A stretch of DNA of 64,000 bases from Mobula hypostoma. Its lineage: Eukaryota. How positions within the stretch are numbered: position 1 is the stretch's first letter; every line of letters starts with the position of its first letter. Position numbers and translations under genes: made by a program. The notes under the pieces were generated by a model. The model saw only the letters and a program-made list of their open reading frames with translations, had not been told where the DNA came from and made no database searches. The stretch is taken from positions 182,344,001 to 182,408,000 of the forward strand of contig NC_086097.1 in the NCBI RefSeq assembly GCF_963921235.1, in the 5' to 3' direction. Below are positions 25,455 through 38,639 of this stretch, piece after piece.

Positions 25455-26530
25455 TTGGATTGGCAGCAACATCTCATCATCGATCACCATTAGCACAAGT
25501 GCACCACAAGGCAGTTTGCTTAGCCACCTGGTTTACATTTATGACTGTGAGATTAAGTAAAGCGCCAATGCTACATTTAAGTTTGCTAACAACACCACTG
25601 TTGTGGGCTGAATCAAATGTTGTGACGAATTGGCATATAGGAGTAAGACTGAAACTTTGTTTGAATGATGCCTTAACAACAACCCTTCCCTCAACATCAG
25701 AAAAACCAAAGAGCTGATTAGTGCCTGCAGGAGGAAGGAACTGGAGGTCCATGAACCAGTCCTCACTGGGGTATTGGAGGTGGAGAGGGACAGTAAATTA
25801 TCGTCATCATTTCAGAGGATCTGTCCTGGGACCAGCACATTTGTGCCATCACAAAGAAGGCATGGCAGTACCTCAATTTTCTTAAGAGTTTGCACAGATT
25901 TGTCATGTCATCTAAAACCTTGACATACTTATATAGATGCGCAGTGGAGAGTACCCTGACTGGTTGCATCATGGCCTGGTATGGAAACACCAATGACCAA
26001 GAATGGAAAAGCCTCCAAAATAATAATGGCTTCAGCCCAGTCCATTACAGGAAACACCCTCCTCACCACAGAGTACATCTACAGGGATCTCTGTCACAAG
26101 AAAACATCATCCATCATCAAGGACCCCACCATCCAGCACACGCTCCCTTCCTGCTGCTGCCATCAGGAAGGAGGTACAGGAGCCTCAGGACCCTCACCAC
26201 CAGGTTCAGGAACAGTTATTACCCCTCAATAATCAGGCTCCTGAACTAGCGTGGATAACTTCACTCAACACTGAACTGATTTCACAGGCTGTAGATGCAC
26301 TTTCAAGCACTCTATAACTCATGTTCTCAGTATTATCTATTTCCTAATGTGATTATTATTTCTTGTATTTGTCTGTTGCGTATCAATTCTTTGTCAGTCT
26401 TTGTGTGTAGTTTTCATTGATTCTGTCTTATTTCTTTGTTCCACTATGAATGCCTGCAAGGAAGTGAATCTCAGGATAGTATATGGTAACAGACACATAC
26501 TTTAATAATAAATGTGCCTTGAAGTTTGAA
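25455..26530 (+). mobile_element. Decayed Rex1/Babar LINE
   Basis: LYRCAVESTLTGCIMAWYGN and LLPSGRRYRSLRTLTTRFRNSYYP. Confidence 0.85.
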
Positions 26531-26699
26531 CTAACACCTAACATAGTTGCAGCTCTTTTAGGCCATTGTTAAGCAAAAGGGCACTGTGGCCTTGGTGAGT
26601 TTAATGGGAGTGTGAATGGGTCAGTCTATTGGACTCAGTGAAAAGCAGAGAATATGAAACTAGAGAACTGAGATGATAAGGGACATTGATCAGAAAATA

Positions 26700-27530
26700 T
26701 GGTGCGTAAATGGACAGCAGGGAACTGGGAAATAGTAGGTGAGAAGGGTACGTGTGGAAGATAGGCTTAGTAGCTTTGCGGATGGCACAAAGTTGGTGAT
26801 GTGGTGGGTAGAGAGGAAGATTTTCTGAGGGTGAAGCAGGATATAGATCAGCTGGAAGTTGGATGGAGTGCTGGCAGATGGAATTTAATCATGACAAGTG
26901 TGACATGATGCATTTTGGGAAGCCAGGTAAGGGTAGAACGTGGTAAGGCACTGAGGAATGTCAGTGAACAGAAAGACCTGGATACAAAGTATTGTTGTTT
27001 GTCATCCATATTAATGACTTGGATGATAATGTGGTAAAGAGGATCAGCAAATTTGTGAATGACACTAGGATTGGGGATGTAGTGGACAGAAGCAACGCTA
27101 TCAAAGCTTGCAGTGGGATTTGGACCAGCTGGAAAAATGGGCTGAAAAATGACAGATGGAATTTAATGCTGACAAGAGTGAAGTGTTGCACTTTGGAAGG
27201 ACAAACCAGGGTAGGACTTCCCCAGTGAACAGTAGGGCACTGAAGAGGTCAGCAGAACAGAGGGATCTGGCAATACAGATTCATAATTCCTTAAAATTTG
27301 GCATCACAGATTGGGTTGCAGAGAAAGCTTTAGGTGTATGGAATTATAAAGGCATAGATAGGGTGGGTAGTCAGAGTTTTTTTTAGATTGTGGGTTGTAG
27401 AAACATAGCATCCCAGAGTGGCAGAATCATACAGCATGGAAAACAGGCCCTTTGGCTCAAATGGTCCATGATGACCAAGACGCTCACATGAGCTAGCCCT
27501 GTTTTCCCATTATCATTTGAGCTAGTCCTG
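26700..27530. mobile_element. CR1 fragments
   Basis: FVIHINDLDD, KFVNDTRIG, MEFNADKSEVLHFG. Confidence 0.75.
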
Positions 27531-27744
27531 TTACCATGAAGAAGGCATGCCCACAGCTCTACTTTATTAGCAGTTTGAGGGGTTTGGTATGCCACCAAAA
27601 ACATGCAAATTTTTACAAATGTATGGTGGAGAGCAGTTTGACTGATTGCAACACAGCCTGGCATGGAACCTGCAGAGTACAGGGCTGCAGTGGGTTTAGA
27701 CAGGGTCACCTCTCGGAAGCTTGCCTCCCCACCACCACGGACAT

Positions 27745-28698
27745 AAGGATCAGAATCAGGTTTAACATCACCAGAATTTATCATGAAATGTGTTGCTCTG
27801 CAGCAGCAGTTCATTGCAGTACATAATGATAAAAACTATAAATTGCAGTAAGTATATAAATAAAAAAGAAACCGAAATTAAATGATAAACACAAGACGTT
27901 CTGCAACACACAAAAGTGCTGGAGTAACTCAGCAAATCAGATACCATCTATGAAAATAAGTTGTTGTTCGGGGCCAAGACCCTTCTTTAGGACTGAAAAA
28001 GAAAGGGAAATTAAACAAGTAGTGCAAAAAGAGAGGGAAAAATACTGAGGTGTTGTTCATGGGTTGATCGTCCATTCAGAAATCTGTTGGCGGAGAGGAA
28101 AAAGCCGTTCCTGAAACATTGCATGTGTGTTTTCAGGCTCCTGTACCCCTCGGTGATGGTAGTAATGAAATCAGGGGGTCCTTAATGATGAGTGCCTCCT
28201 TCTTGAGGCATCGCCTTTTGAATATGTCTGGATGCCGGAGAGGGTAGTGCCCGTGACAGAGCTGGCTGAGTTTATAACTTTTTGCAGCTTTTTGTGATCC
28301 TGTTCAGTGAACCCTCCATACCAGACAGTGATGCAGCCAGTTAGAATGCTCTCCACACTATATCTGTAGAAATTTCTGAGTGCCTTTGATAACATACCAA
28401 TTCTCCTCAAACTACTAATGAAATATAGCTGCTGTCATACCTTCTTTGTAATTACATCAATACGTTGGGCCCAGGACAGATCCTCAGAGATGCTGACACC
28501 CAGGAACCTGAAATTGCTCACCCTTTCCACTGCTGATCCCTCAATGAGGACTGGTGAGGGTTCCCTCAACTTCCCTGTCTTGAGGTCCACAGTCAATTCC
28601 TTGGTCTTCCTGACATTGAGTGCAAGATGTTGCTATGACAGCACTCAACGAGCAGATCTATCTTACTACTGCATACCTCCCCATCACCATCTGAAATT
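27745..28698 (-). mobile_element. Rex1/Babar LINE 3' part (continues at 32246-32520), containing a Penelope terminus at about 27886-28010
   Basis: FYRYSVESILTGCITVWYGG and tail atcagaatcaggttt. The continuation encodes [21 protein letters not shown] and ADDT. Confidence 0.85.
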
Positions 28699-31600
28699 GT
28701 GACTTCACATCTGAGTTGTGGGGCGACCAGTCAACAGAGGGATTGATTAGAAAGGGCGAATATAAAACTGTGAGTGCAAGTGGAGCAGCCTTTCTCTTGA
28801 GGGTGCCTGTCTTTGGCTCATCTGGCTTCGGTGAGATCCAGTCTCCCAGATAAACACATCTGCACCAGGTGCACTGAGTTGCAGCTCCTGAGAGAATGTA
28901 TTACGGAAGTGGAGCTGCAGGTTGATGACCTTTGACTCTACTGGAAACTGAGGAGATGATAGAGCTACAGGAAAGTAGTCATCCCTAGGATGCAGGAGGC
29001 AGGTAACTGTCAGGAGGAGGAAGTGAAATCCACAGCCAGAGCAGAGTACACCTGTGGCCATTCCCCTCAATATTAAATATACAACTTTAGATATTGTCGA
29101 GAGGGACGTCCTGCTCGGAGGAGAGACACAGTAACCGGGTCTCTGACACCAAGTCTGGTGTTGTGGCTCAGAAGAGCAGAGAGGTGAAGAGGTCTGCAGT
29201 GTTGATAGGAGATTCCTTAGTCGGAGGAACAGAGACGAGATTCTGTGAAAGGTACAAGTTCATCTATCTATTCCGTACACAAATATTCAAATATAACACC
29301 TTCAGTCCCATATTCACACTTTTTGATTTTTTCTGCCTTTTACATCACAACTCTTCCTGTTGACTGTAATTTTACCCGCTTTGTTAGGAGTTTCACTACA
29401 GATTGCCTTTGTTTGTAAACCAATGACCTCATCCTCAGCACTTCCACTCTGCTTCCCAAACCCTGCCAAATTAAACCCTCCTGAACAACTCGAGCAAACG
29501 TGCCCACGAGAATATTGGATCTCCCGTGGGTTCACGTGTAACCTGTCCTTTTTGTACAGGTTATTTCACAGATTGGCATGTATGATGTTGTAGGCATCAC
29601 TGAATCACGGCTGAAAGAAGATTATAGCTGGGAGCTTAATGTCCAAGGATACACATTGTATCAAAAGGACAGGGAGGAAGGCAGAGGGGGTGGCATGGCT
29701 CTGTTGGTAAAAAATGAAATCATATCATTAGAAAGAGGTGCCAGAGTCGGAAGGTGTTGAATCACTGTGGATAGAGCTAAGGTAACAAGACCCTGATGAG
29801 AGTTACATACAGACCCCAAACAGTAGTAAGGACGTGGTCTACAAATTACAGCAGAGATAGAGAATGCATGCCAAAAGGGCAATGTTACAATAAACATGGG
29901 GGATTTCAATAAGCAGGTAGATTGGGAAAATCAGGTTGGCACTGGATTCCAAGAGGGGAATTTCTAGAATGCCCATGAGATGGCTTTTTAGAGCCACTTA
30001 TGGTTGAGCCTACTAGGGGATCAGCTATTCTGGATTGGGTGTTGTGCAACGAACCAGAATTGATTAGAAAGCTTAAGGTTAAAGAACCCTTAGGAGAAAG
30101 TGCTCAGAATATGATCGAATTCACCCTGAAGTTTAAGAAGGAGGAGCTAAAGTCAATTGTATCAGTATTACACAGGAGTAAAGGAAATTACAGAGGCATG
30201 AAATAGGAGATGGCTAGAATTGATTGGAAAAGAACACTGGCAGGGATGACGGCAGAGCAGCAATGGCTGCAATTTCAATGGCTGAAGGCACAGGAAGAAA
30301 TAGTTTAAAGGCAAGATGGCACAACTGTGGCTAACAAGAGAAGCCAAAGCCAAAGAGAGGGTATATAATAGAGCAAAAATTAGTGGGAAGTTAGAGGACT
30401 GGGAATCTTCTAAAAGCAACAAAAGGCAACTAAAGAAATTATTAAGAAGGTAAAGGTGGAATACGAAAGTAAACTAGCCAATAATATTAAAGAAAATATC
30501 AAAAGTCTCTTCGGATACATGAAGTGTAAAAGAGAGACGAGAGTGGATATTGGATCACTGAAAAACGATGCTGGAGAGGTGGTAGTGGGTTATAAGGAAA
30601 TGGTGGATGAACTGAGTAAGTATTTTGCATTAGTCTTCACTGTGGAAGATACTAGCAGTATGGTAGAAGTTCCAGAGTGGCAGGTATGAAGGTGCCATTA
30701 CTAGGAAGAAAGTTCTTGGGTAACTAAAATGTCTGAAGGTAGATAAATCACCAGGACCAGACTGTATACATCCCAGGGTTCTAAACGATGTGGCTGAAGA
30801 GATTGTGGAGGCATTAGTAATGATGTTTCACTACATTCTGGAATGGAATTGCAAATGTCACTCTACTCTTCAAGAAGAGAGAGGCAAAAGAAAGGAAATA
30901 ATAGGCCAATTAGTCTGTCCTCAGTGGTTGGGAAGATGTTGGAGTCAATTGTTAAGGATGTGGTTTTGGGTTACCTGGAGGCACATGTTAAAACAGGCTG
31001 TAGTCGGCACGATTTCCTCATGGGAAAATCTTGTTTGACAAATCTGTTGGAATTCTTTGAAGAAATAACAAGCAGGATAGACAAAGGGGAATTGGTTGAT
31101 GTTGTGTACTTGGATTTTCAGAAGTCTTCCGACAAGGTGCCACACATGAGCCTGCTTAACAAGTTAAGAGCCCATGGTATTATAGGAAAGTACTAGCATG
31201 GATAAAGCAGTGGCAGACTGGAAGTAAAGGGAGACTTTTCTGTCTGGCTGCTAGTGACTAGTAGTGTTCCATGGGGTTCTGTGCTGGGACCGATCTGTTT
31301 TACGTTGTATGCCAATGACTGGGATGATGGAATCGATGACTTTGTTGCAATGTTTACAGACGATATGAAGATAGTTGGAGGAGCAGGTAGTTTTGAGGAA
31401 GTAGAGGCTACTGAAAGACTTAGACAGATTAGGAGAATGGGCAAAGAAGTGGCAGATGGAATACAGTGTTGGGAATTGTATGGTCTTGCACTTTGGTAGA
31501 AGAAATAAGAGAGTGGACTATTTTCTAAATGGAGAGAAAATTCAAAAATCTGAGCCGCAAAGGGATTTGGGACTCCTTGTGCAGGAATCCCTAAAGGTTA

Positions 31601-32245
31601 ATTTGCATGTTAAGTCTGTGGTGAGGAAGGCAAATGCAATGTTAGCATTAATTTCAAGAGGACTAGAATAGAAAAGTAAGGATGTAATGTTGAGGCTTTA
31701 TAAAGCTTTGGTGAGGCCTCACGGTGTTTGTGAGCAGTCTAGGGCCCCTTATCTTAGAAAGGATGTGCTGAAACTGGAGAGGGTTCAAAGGAGGTTCATG
31801 AAAATGATCCCAGGATTGAATGGCTTTCATATGAAGTGTGTTTGGTAGCTCTGAGCCTGTATTCACTAGAATTCAGATGAATGAGGGGTGATATCTTTGA
31901 AACCTATTGAATGGTGAAAGGTCTTGATAGAGTGGATGTGGAGAGGATGTTTCCTATATTGGGAGAGTCTAGGACCTTGAGGATGCAGGAGATGAGGAAG
32001 AAGCTCTTTAGCCAGAGAGTGGTGAATCTGTGGAATTAGTTGCCACAGGCAGCTGTGGAGATCAAGCCTTTATGTATATTTAAGGCAGAGGTTGATAGAT
32101 TCTTGATTGGTCAGGGCATAAAGGAATGCAGAGGGAAGGCAGGAGATTGTGGCTGGGAGGAATAATGGATCAGCCATGATGAAATGGTGAAGCAGACTCG
32201 ATGGGCCAAATGGTCTCATTCTGCTTCTATATCTATGGTCTTATG
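28699..32245 (+). mobile_element. Near-full-length CR1 LINE with an internal inversion (about 29251-29560) and TSD GAAATT
   Basis: ORF1 Cys region and VLIGDSLV. Endonuclease YDVVGITE, DREEGRGGG, MGDFN, PTRGSAILD. RT NRPISLSSVVGKMLE, VYLDFQK. TSD 28693-28698 / 32246-32251. Confidence 0.88.
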
Positions 32246-32935
32246 GAAATTCTGCATAGTATAGTTGTGTCATCAGCACATTTATTGATGGTGTTTGAGC
32301 TTTGCCTAGTGACACAATCTTGGGTGTACAGAGAGTAGAGTAGTGGGCTAAGCTCGCATTCTTGAGGTGCACCAGTGCTGATTGTCAGTGAGGAGGAGAT
32401 GTTATTTCCAATCTGCACAGACTGGTCAACCAATGAAGAAGTCAAGGATCCAGTTGCTGAGGGGAATATAGAGGTCCAGGTTTTGAAGCTTGTTGATTAG
32501 AACTGAGAGTATGATTATGTTGTACATCTTCAAAAGGCAATGCCTCAAAATAGCAGCAACAATCATTAAAAGCCCTCACTATCTGGGACATGCCCTCTTC
32601 ACATTAGACATTTGGGGAGGAGGTACAAGAACCCACACCCAATGTTTTAAAAGTGGCTTTGTCCCCTCTGTCATCAGATCTCTGAATGGTCCATGAACCC
32701 ACCATCACTCTTATTATTAGTCTTTTGCCCTATTTATTTATTGAGTAAATTATAATTTTTTATGTCTTCCACTGTACTGCCGCCACAAAACAACAAATTT
32801 CACTGGATAAATCAGTGATAATAAACATGATTCTGATTCCTGTGTTAGGCCCATATCCCTATAAACATTTTCTATCTATGTACTTGTCCAAATTTCTTTT
32901 AAATGTTGTTATTGTAGCTGCCTCAACCACTTCAT

Positions 32936-34368
32936 AGAAAACATAGAAACATAGAAACATAGAAAATAGGTGCAGGAGTAGGCCATTCGGCCCTTCGAGC
33001 CTGCACCGCCATTTATTATGATCATGGCTGATCATCCAACTCAGAACCCAGCCTTCCCTCCATACCCCCTGACCCCTGTAGCCACAAGGGCCATATCTAA
33101 CTTCCTTTTAAACATAGCTAATGAACTGGCCTCAACAGTTTGCTGTGGCAGAGAATTCCACAGATTCACCACTCTCTGTGTGAAGAAGTTTTTCCTAACC
33201 TCGGTCCTAAAAGGCTTCCCCTCTATCCTCAAACTGTGACCCCTCGTTCTAGACCTCCCCAACATCGGGAACAATCTTCCCGCATCTAGCCTGTCCAATC
33301 CCTTTAGGATCTTATACGTTTCAATCAGATCCCCCCTCAATCTTCTAAATTCCAACGAGTACAAGCCCAGTTCATCCAGTCTTTCTTCATATGAAAGACC
33401 TGCCATCCCAGGAATCAATCTGGTGAACATTCTTTGTACTCCCTCTATGGCAAAGATGTCTTTCCTCAGATTAGGGGACCAAAACTGCACACAATACTCC
33501 AGGTGTGGTCTCACCAAGGCCTTGTACAACTGCAGTAGTACCTCCCTGCTCCTGTACTCGAATCCTCTCGCTATAAATGCCAGCATACCGTTCGCCTTTT
33601 TCACTGCCTGCTGTACCTGCATGCCCACTTTCAATGACTGGTGTATAATGACACCCAGGTCTCGTTGCACCTCCCCTTTTCCTAATCGGCCACCATTCAG
33701 ATAATAATCTGTTTTCCTATTTTTGCCACCAAAGTGGATAACTTCACATTTATCCACATTAAATTGCATCTGCCATGAGTTTGCCCACTCACCCAACCTA
33801 TCCAAGTCACCCTGCATCCTCTTAGCATCCTCCTCACTGCTAACACTGCCACCCAGCTTTGTGTCATCTGCAAACTTGGAGATGCTGCATTTAATTCCCT
33901 CATCCAAGTCATTAATATATATTGTAAACAACTGGGGTCCCAGCACTGAGCCTTGCGGTACCCCACTAGTCACCGCCTGCCATTCTGAAAAGGTCCCGTT
34001 TATTCCCACTCTTTGCTTCCTGTCTGCTAACCAATTCTCCACCCACACCAATACCTTACCCCCAATACCGTGTGCTTTAAGTTTGCACGCTAATCTCCTA
34101 TGTGGGACCTTGTCAAAAGCCTTTTGAAAATCCAAATATACCACATCCACTGGTTCTCCCCTATCCACTCTACTAGTTACATCCTCAAAAAATTCTATGA
34201 GATTGGTCAGACATGATTTTCCTTTCACAAATCCATGCTGACTTTGTCCGATCATTTCACCGCTTTCCAAATGTGCTGTTATCACATCCTTGATAACTGA
34301 CTCCAGCAGTTTCCCCACCACCGACGTTAGGCTCACCGGCCTATAATTCCCCGGTTTCTCTCTCCCTC
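32936..34368 (-). mobile_element. Young 5'-truncated CR1 LINE with an uninterrupted RT C-terminal ORF (about 440 codons) and a (TTTCTATG)n tail
   Basis: ORF 33041-34381 has no stops (NYRPVSLTS, YLDFQKAFDKV, GVPQGSVLGP, FADD, RTRGH). Tail at 32933-32965. TSD CTTCAT at 32930-32935 / 34369-34374. Confidence 0.95.
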
Positions 34369-34394
34369 CTTCATCTGGCAACTTGTCCCATATA

Positions 34395-35293
34395 TGTCAC
34401 ACGGGGGCACTGAAGGTGGACCCAAATGCAAGACACAGACACTGAAGTACCGGGAACTGGACTGGACTAGAGATAGGGACGGGACCGGACACAGACTAAG
34501 AGCTGGGACAGGAACACAGACTTTGGCTAGGACTTTGGCTGGGAAAGCAGGACTAGGACAAGGAACTGGGAGCTAGGAGCCCGGGCTTGGACTCCGAGTC
34601 AGGGACGGTTTTGACTCGGGCTCAGACCGTGGACCCCAAGGCTTGGGTTCTTCGAGGCTTTCCTGGGCAGGATGAGGAGCTCTTTCTTGGAACGCAGGGC
34701 CAGAATCCTTTCTAGGATGCCGGGCCGGGATGACTGCCGAGGTAAACCGCCAAAGAAACTGTCAGGGATTCAGATGGAGAGGGGAAGGGAACGGACCAGC
34801 CTCAGGGTAACAGCAAAGACAGCCTGGCTTACCCCATGGAGGCAAGGACGGGAAGGGAGCTCAATCCAGGGTGGCTCCGGGTCTCAGGGCAGCCAGCAAC
34901 CTTTGCTGGCCACAGAAACAGCCGAATCCATATCTAGCTCGGAGTGGCAGATGGCCACTCAACTGGCCCCGGAAACAGCCAAATCCATACCACGATGACT
35001 GCTCTGACAAGAGACAACAATGATCCATGAAGCAGTGGTCCTCTAACCAGGCCTAGAGATCACAAGTAGCTACTCTAGCCTTCTACCAGCAGGTTGCTCC
35101 AAGGGGATATTGACAAGACAAACCAGCCCCCACACTCACTCCCAGGGCCACTTATATTCCCAGCCTCAGGACAAGCATCAGGTGCCTATGATTAAGCCCA
35201 ACTGAAACAAGGGACAGCCGGAAGACCCGGAGCTCGGAGTCCACGGACCAGACCGTGAACCGGAATGTGGACTTCATGGACCGGACCATGACA
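34395..35293 (-). mobile_element. Solo LTR (Gypsy-like), 899 bp
   Basis: TGTCA...TGACA termini, 5-bp flanks ATATA/CTATA (one mismatch), the host CR1 resumes on both sides, minus-strand TATAAG near 35152, and a GCATTTGGGTCC...GTGACA end resembling fish Gypsy LTRs. Confidence 0.78.
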
Positions 35294-35569
35294 CTATACC
35301 CACCACCCTCTGCATGAAGAAGTTGCCCCTCAGGTCCCTTTTAAATATTTCCCCTCTCACCCTAAACCAATGCCCTCTAGTCTTGACTTCCCCATGCTTG
35401 GAAAATGCTCATATGCTTTCCCCGATCTATACTTTTCATCATTTTATACATTCCATAAAATCACCCTTTAATCTCCAATGCTCCAAGGAATAATGTCCTA
35501 GACTGCCCAGCCTCTTCCTGTAGTTCGCAACCTCAAGTCGAGACAACATTCTTGTAAATCTTTTCAAGA

Positions 35570-36520
35570 GTTTCAAGTTCCTAGGAGTGAACATCACCAA
35601 TAGCCTGTGATGTCTAACCACATTCATAGGTCACCAGTGCCTCTACTTCCTCAGGAAGCTAAAGAAATTAGGCACGTCCTATCCAGGTGCTTCACGATTC
35701 AGTATGGCAGCTGCTGTGCCCTTGACTGCAAGGAACTGCAGAGAGCTCGTAACCATTTCCATTTCCATTTCCAAAATCCACCTTCCATCTGTTCCAGACC
35801 CAGAATATGTGCACCAATATTATCTTTTTATCAATGGAGACACACGGGGCCGTAGATGGTAAATTGGTTTATTATTGTCACATGTTCCAAGATACAGCAA
35901 AAAACATCTTGCATACTGTTCATACAGATCAATTCATTGCAGCAGTGCATTCTGGCAGTACAAGGTAAAACAATCAAAATGCAGGGTAACGTGCAACAGC
36001 TACAGAAAAGTGCAATGCGGGCAGGTAGTGAAGTGCAGTGATGTAGACTGTGAGATCAAGCATCCATCTTACTGTATTAGTGGACCATTCGATACTCTTA
36101 TAACAGCAGGATAGATGACACCCTTAAGCATCTGTATCTTTTGCCTGGAGGGAAGGGGAGAAGAGAGAATGTTTGGTGTGGGTAGGGTCTCTTGATGATA
36201 CTGGCTGCTTTACTGAGGCAGCGAGAAGTGTAGACAGAGTCGTGGAAGGGAGGCTAGTTTCCGTGATGTGCTGAGCTGTGTCCACAATCCTGTGCTGCTT
36301 CTTGTGGTCACGCACAGAGCAGTGGCCATAACAAGCCATAATGCATGTGGACAGGGTGCTTTCTTTGATGCATTTGATGAAATGTTGGAATCTGGAGCAA
36401 CACTCTATTTGCAGGATCCTGATGTCGGGTTTTGATCTAAAACATTAACAATTCTTTTTCCCCCCTCAGAAGTTGTTCAATCTGCTGAGTTCCTCCAACA
36501 GATTGTGTGTGGCTGTCCTG
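35570..36520. mobile_element. Rex1-type fragments in both orientations and a degenerate Penelope terminus (about 36375-36510)
   Basis: FKFLGVNIT, MACYGHCSVRDHKK, and ctgctgagttcctccaacagattgtgtgt. Confidence 0.7.
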
Positions 36521-36729
36521 TTTCTTGACTATGTTTACAACAACGTTCTTATCCTCATTCCCTGATATAAAGTCTAGTGTAGACCCGTCTCTACACACTG
36601 CGTCAGAAAACCCTCTGAGATGCATTTTACAAATTCCATCCACCTAAGCCTGTGGCACTGAGGCAATTGCAGTGAACACTGGGAAAGTTTCACTCCTGTC
36701 TGATTAATACCTTCCTGACTTACACCGTT

Positions 36730-38061
36730 GACTCACATCCCCCAATCCACACCCTACGACACACATCCCCCAATCCTCACCCTATGATTCACATACCCCA
36801 ATCCACACCCTACGATTCACATCCCCCAATCCTCACCCTACGATTCACATTCCCCAATCCTCACCCTACGATTCACATCTCCCAATCCTCACCCTACGAT
36901 TCACATCCCCCAATCCACACCCTACGATTCACATCCCCCAATCCTCACCCTACGATTCACATCCCCCAATCCACACCCTACGATTCACATCCCCCAATCC
37001 TCACCCTACGATTCACATCCACCAATCCACACCCTATGACTCACATCCACCAATCCACACCCTACGATTCACATCCCCCAATCCTCACCCTACGATTCAC
37101 ATCCACCAATCCACACCCTACGACTCACATCCCCCAATCCACACCCTACGATTCACATCCCCCAATCCTCACCCTACGATTCACATCCACCAATCCTCAC
37201 CCTACGACTCACATCCCCCAATCCACACCCTACGACTCACATCCCCCAATCCTCACCCTACGATTCACATCCCCAATCCTCACCCTACAATTCATATCCA
37301 CCAATCTACACCCTACGATTCACATCCCCCGATCCTCACCCTATGATTCACATCCCCCAATCCACACCCTACGATTCACATCCCCCAATCCTCACCCTAC
37401 GATTCACATCCCCCAATCCACACCCTACGATTCACATCCCCCAATCCTCACCCTACGATTCACATCCCCCAATCCTCACCCTACGATTCACATCCCCCAA
37501 TCCACACCCTACGACTCACATCCCCCAATCCTCACCCTACGATTCACATCCCCCAATCCTCACCCTACGATTCATATCCACCAATCTACACCCTACGATT
37601 CACATCCCCCGATCCTCACCCTACAATTCACATCCCCCAATCCTCACCCTACGATTCACATCCCCCAATCCTCACCCTACGATTCACATCCCCCAATCCA
37701 CACCCTACAACTCACATCCCCCAATCCTCACCCTACGATTCACATCCCCCGATCCTCACCCTACGATTCACATCCCCCAATCCACACCCTGTGACTCACA
37801 TCCCCCAATCCTCACCCTACGATTCACATCCACCAATCCTCACCCTATGATTCACATCCCCCAATCCACACCCTACGACTCACATCCCCCAATCCACACC
37901 CTACGATTCACATCCCCCAATCCTCACCCTACGATTCACATCCCCCAATCCACACCCTACGACTCACATCCCCCAATCCTTACTCTACGATTCACATCCC
38001 CCAATCCACACCCTACGATTCACATCCCCCAATTCACACCCTACGATTCACATCCCCCAAT
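36730..38061. repeat. 28-bp minisatellite, about 47 units, consensus CGATTCACATCCCCCAATCC(T/A)CACCCTA
   Basis: Direct periodicity. One 27-bp unit near 37261. Confidence 0.97.
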
Positions 38062-38639
38062 GCATACCTCCTGATTTAATACCCCTGATCCACCCCGCTG
38101 ATTTAATCCCCCTCATTTACACTCCTCTGATTCATCTCCCCAATTTAATCCCCCTGCCAATTTGCATCCCCGATCAACAGTTCCCTCTTTGTTACTTTCA
38201 CCTCTGCAACCACTCGCAGGAACTGGAACTGTGGAGACCCTCCTGAGATGAACAGCTTCTCTCTCTCACCCTCTGTGTGTGATGTGGTTACACGGACCGT
38301 AAACTCTCCCAGGCTGGTTTTAAGCCACACTTGAAATGGAGTCATCAGACACAGGGCGAACCACTCACCCCAGAGTGGATGCCAGCCCATGGGGAGAAAA
38401 ATGCCATCAATCCCACCAGTCGCCTCGAGTCAGCTCCCTCAAATGCAGGTTCATCATGGGCATCATACCCAGTATACATGTGGAATGAAAAGCTGGATTT
38501 ACGGCAGCAGCACAGTACATAAAAAATATTAAAAATCAGTTAACATAAATTATACATAACTTACATGTGTGTGCAAAATAAACTACAAAGTAAGTAATAG
38601 CACTAGATTCAGAGTGTAAAAAATGTAGATCAAGGTAGT

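Noticed and set aside
33041..34381. 446-aa ORF as a host gene or domesticated RT
   Set aside because: It is a 5'-truncated CR1 with tail and TSD. The first codons come from flanking DNA.
36730..38061. Interstitial telomere (CCCTA motif)
   Set aside because: Only one CCCTA per 28-bp unit and no TTAGGG arrays.
36784..38074. 336-aa and 243-aa His/Pro/Thr-rich ORFs
   Set aside because: Translations of the 28-bp minisatellite, which has no plus-strand stop in most units. No splice or domain evidence.
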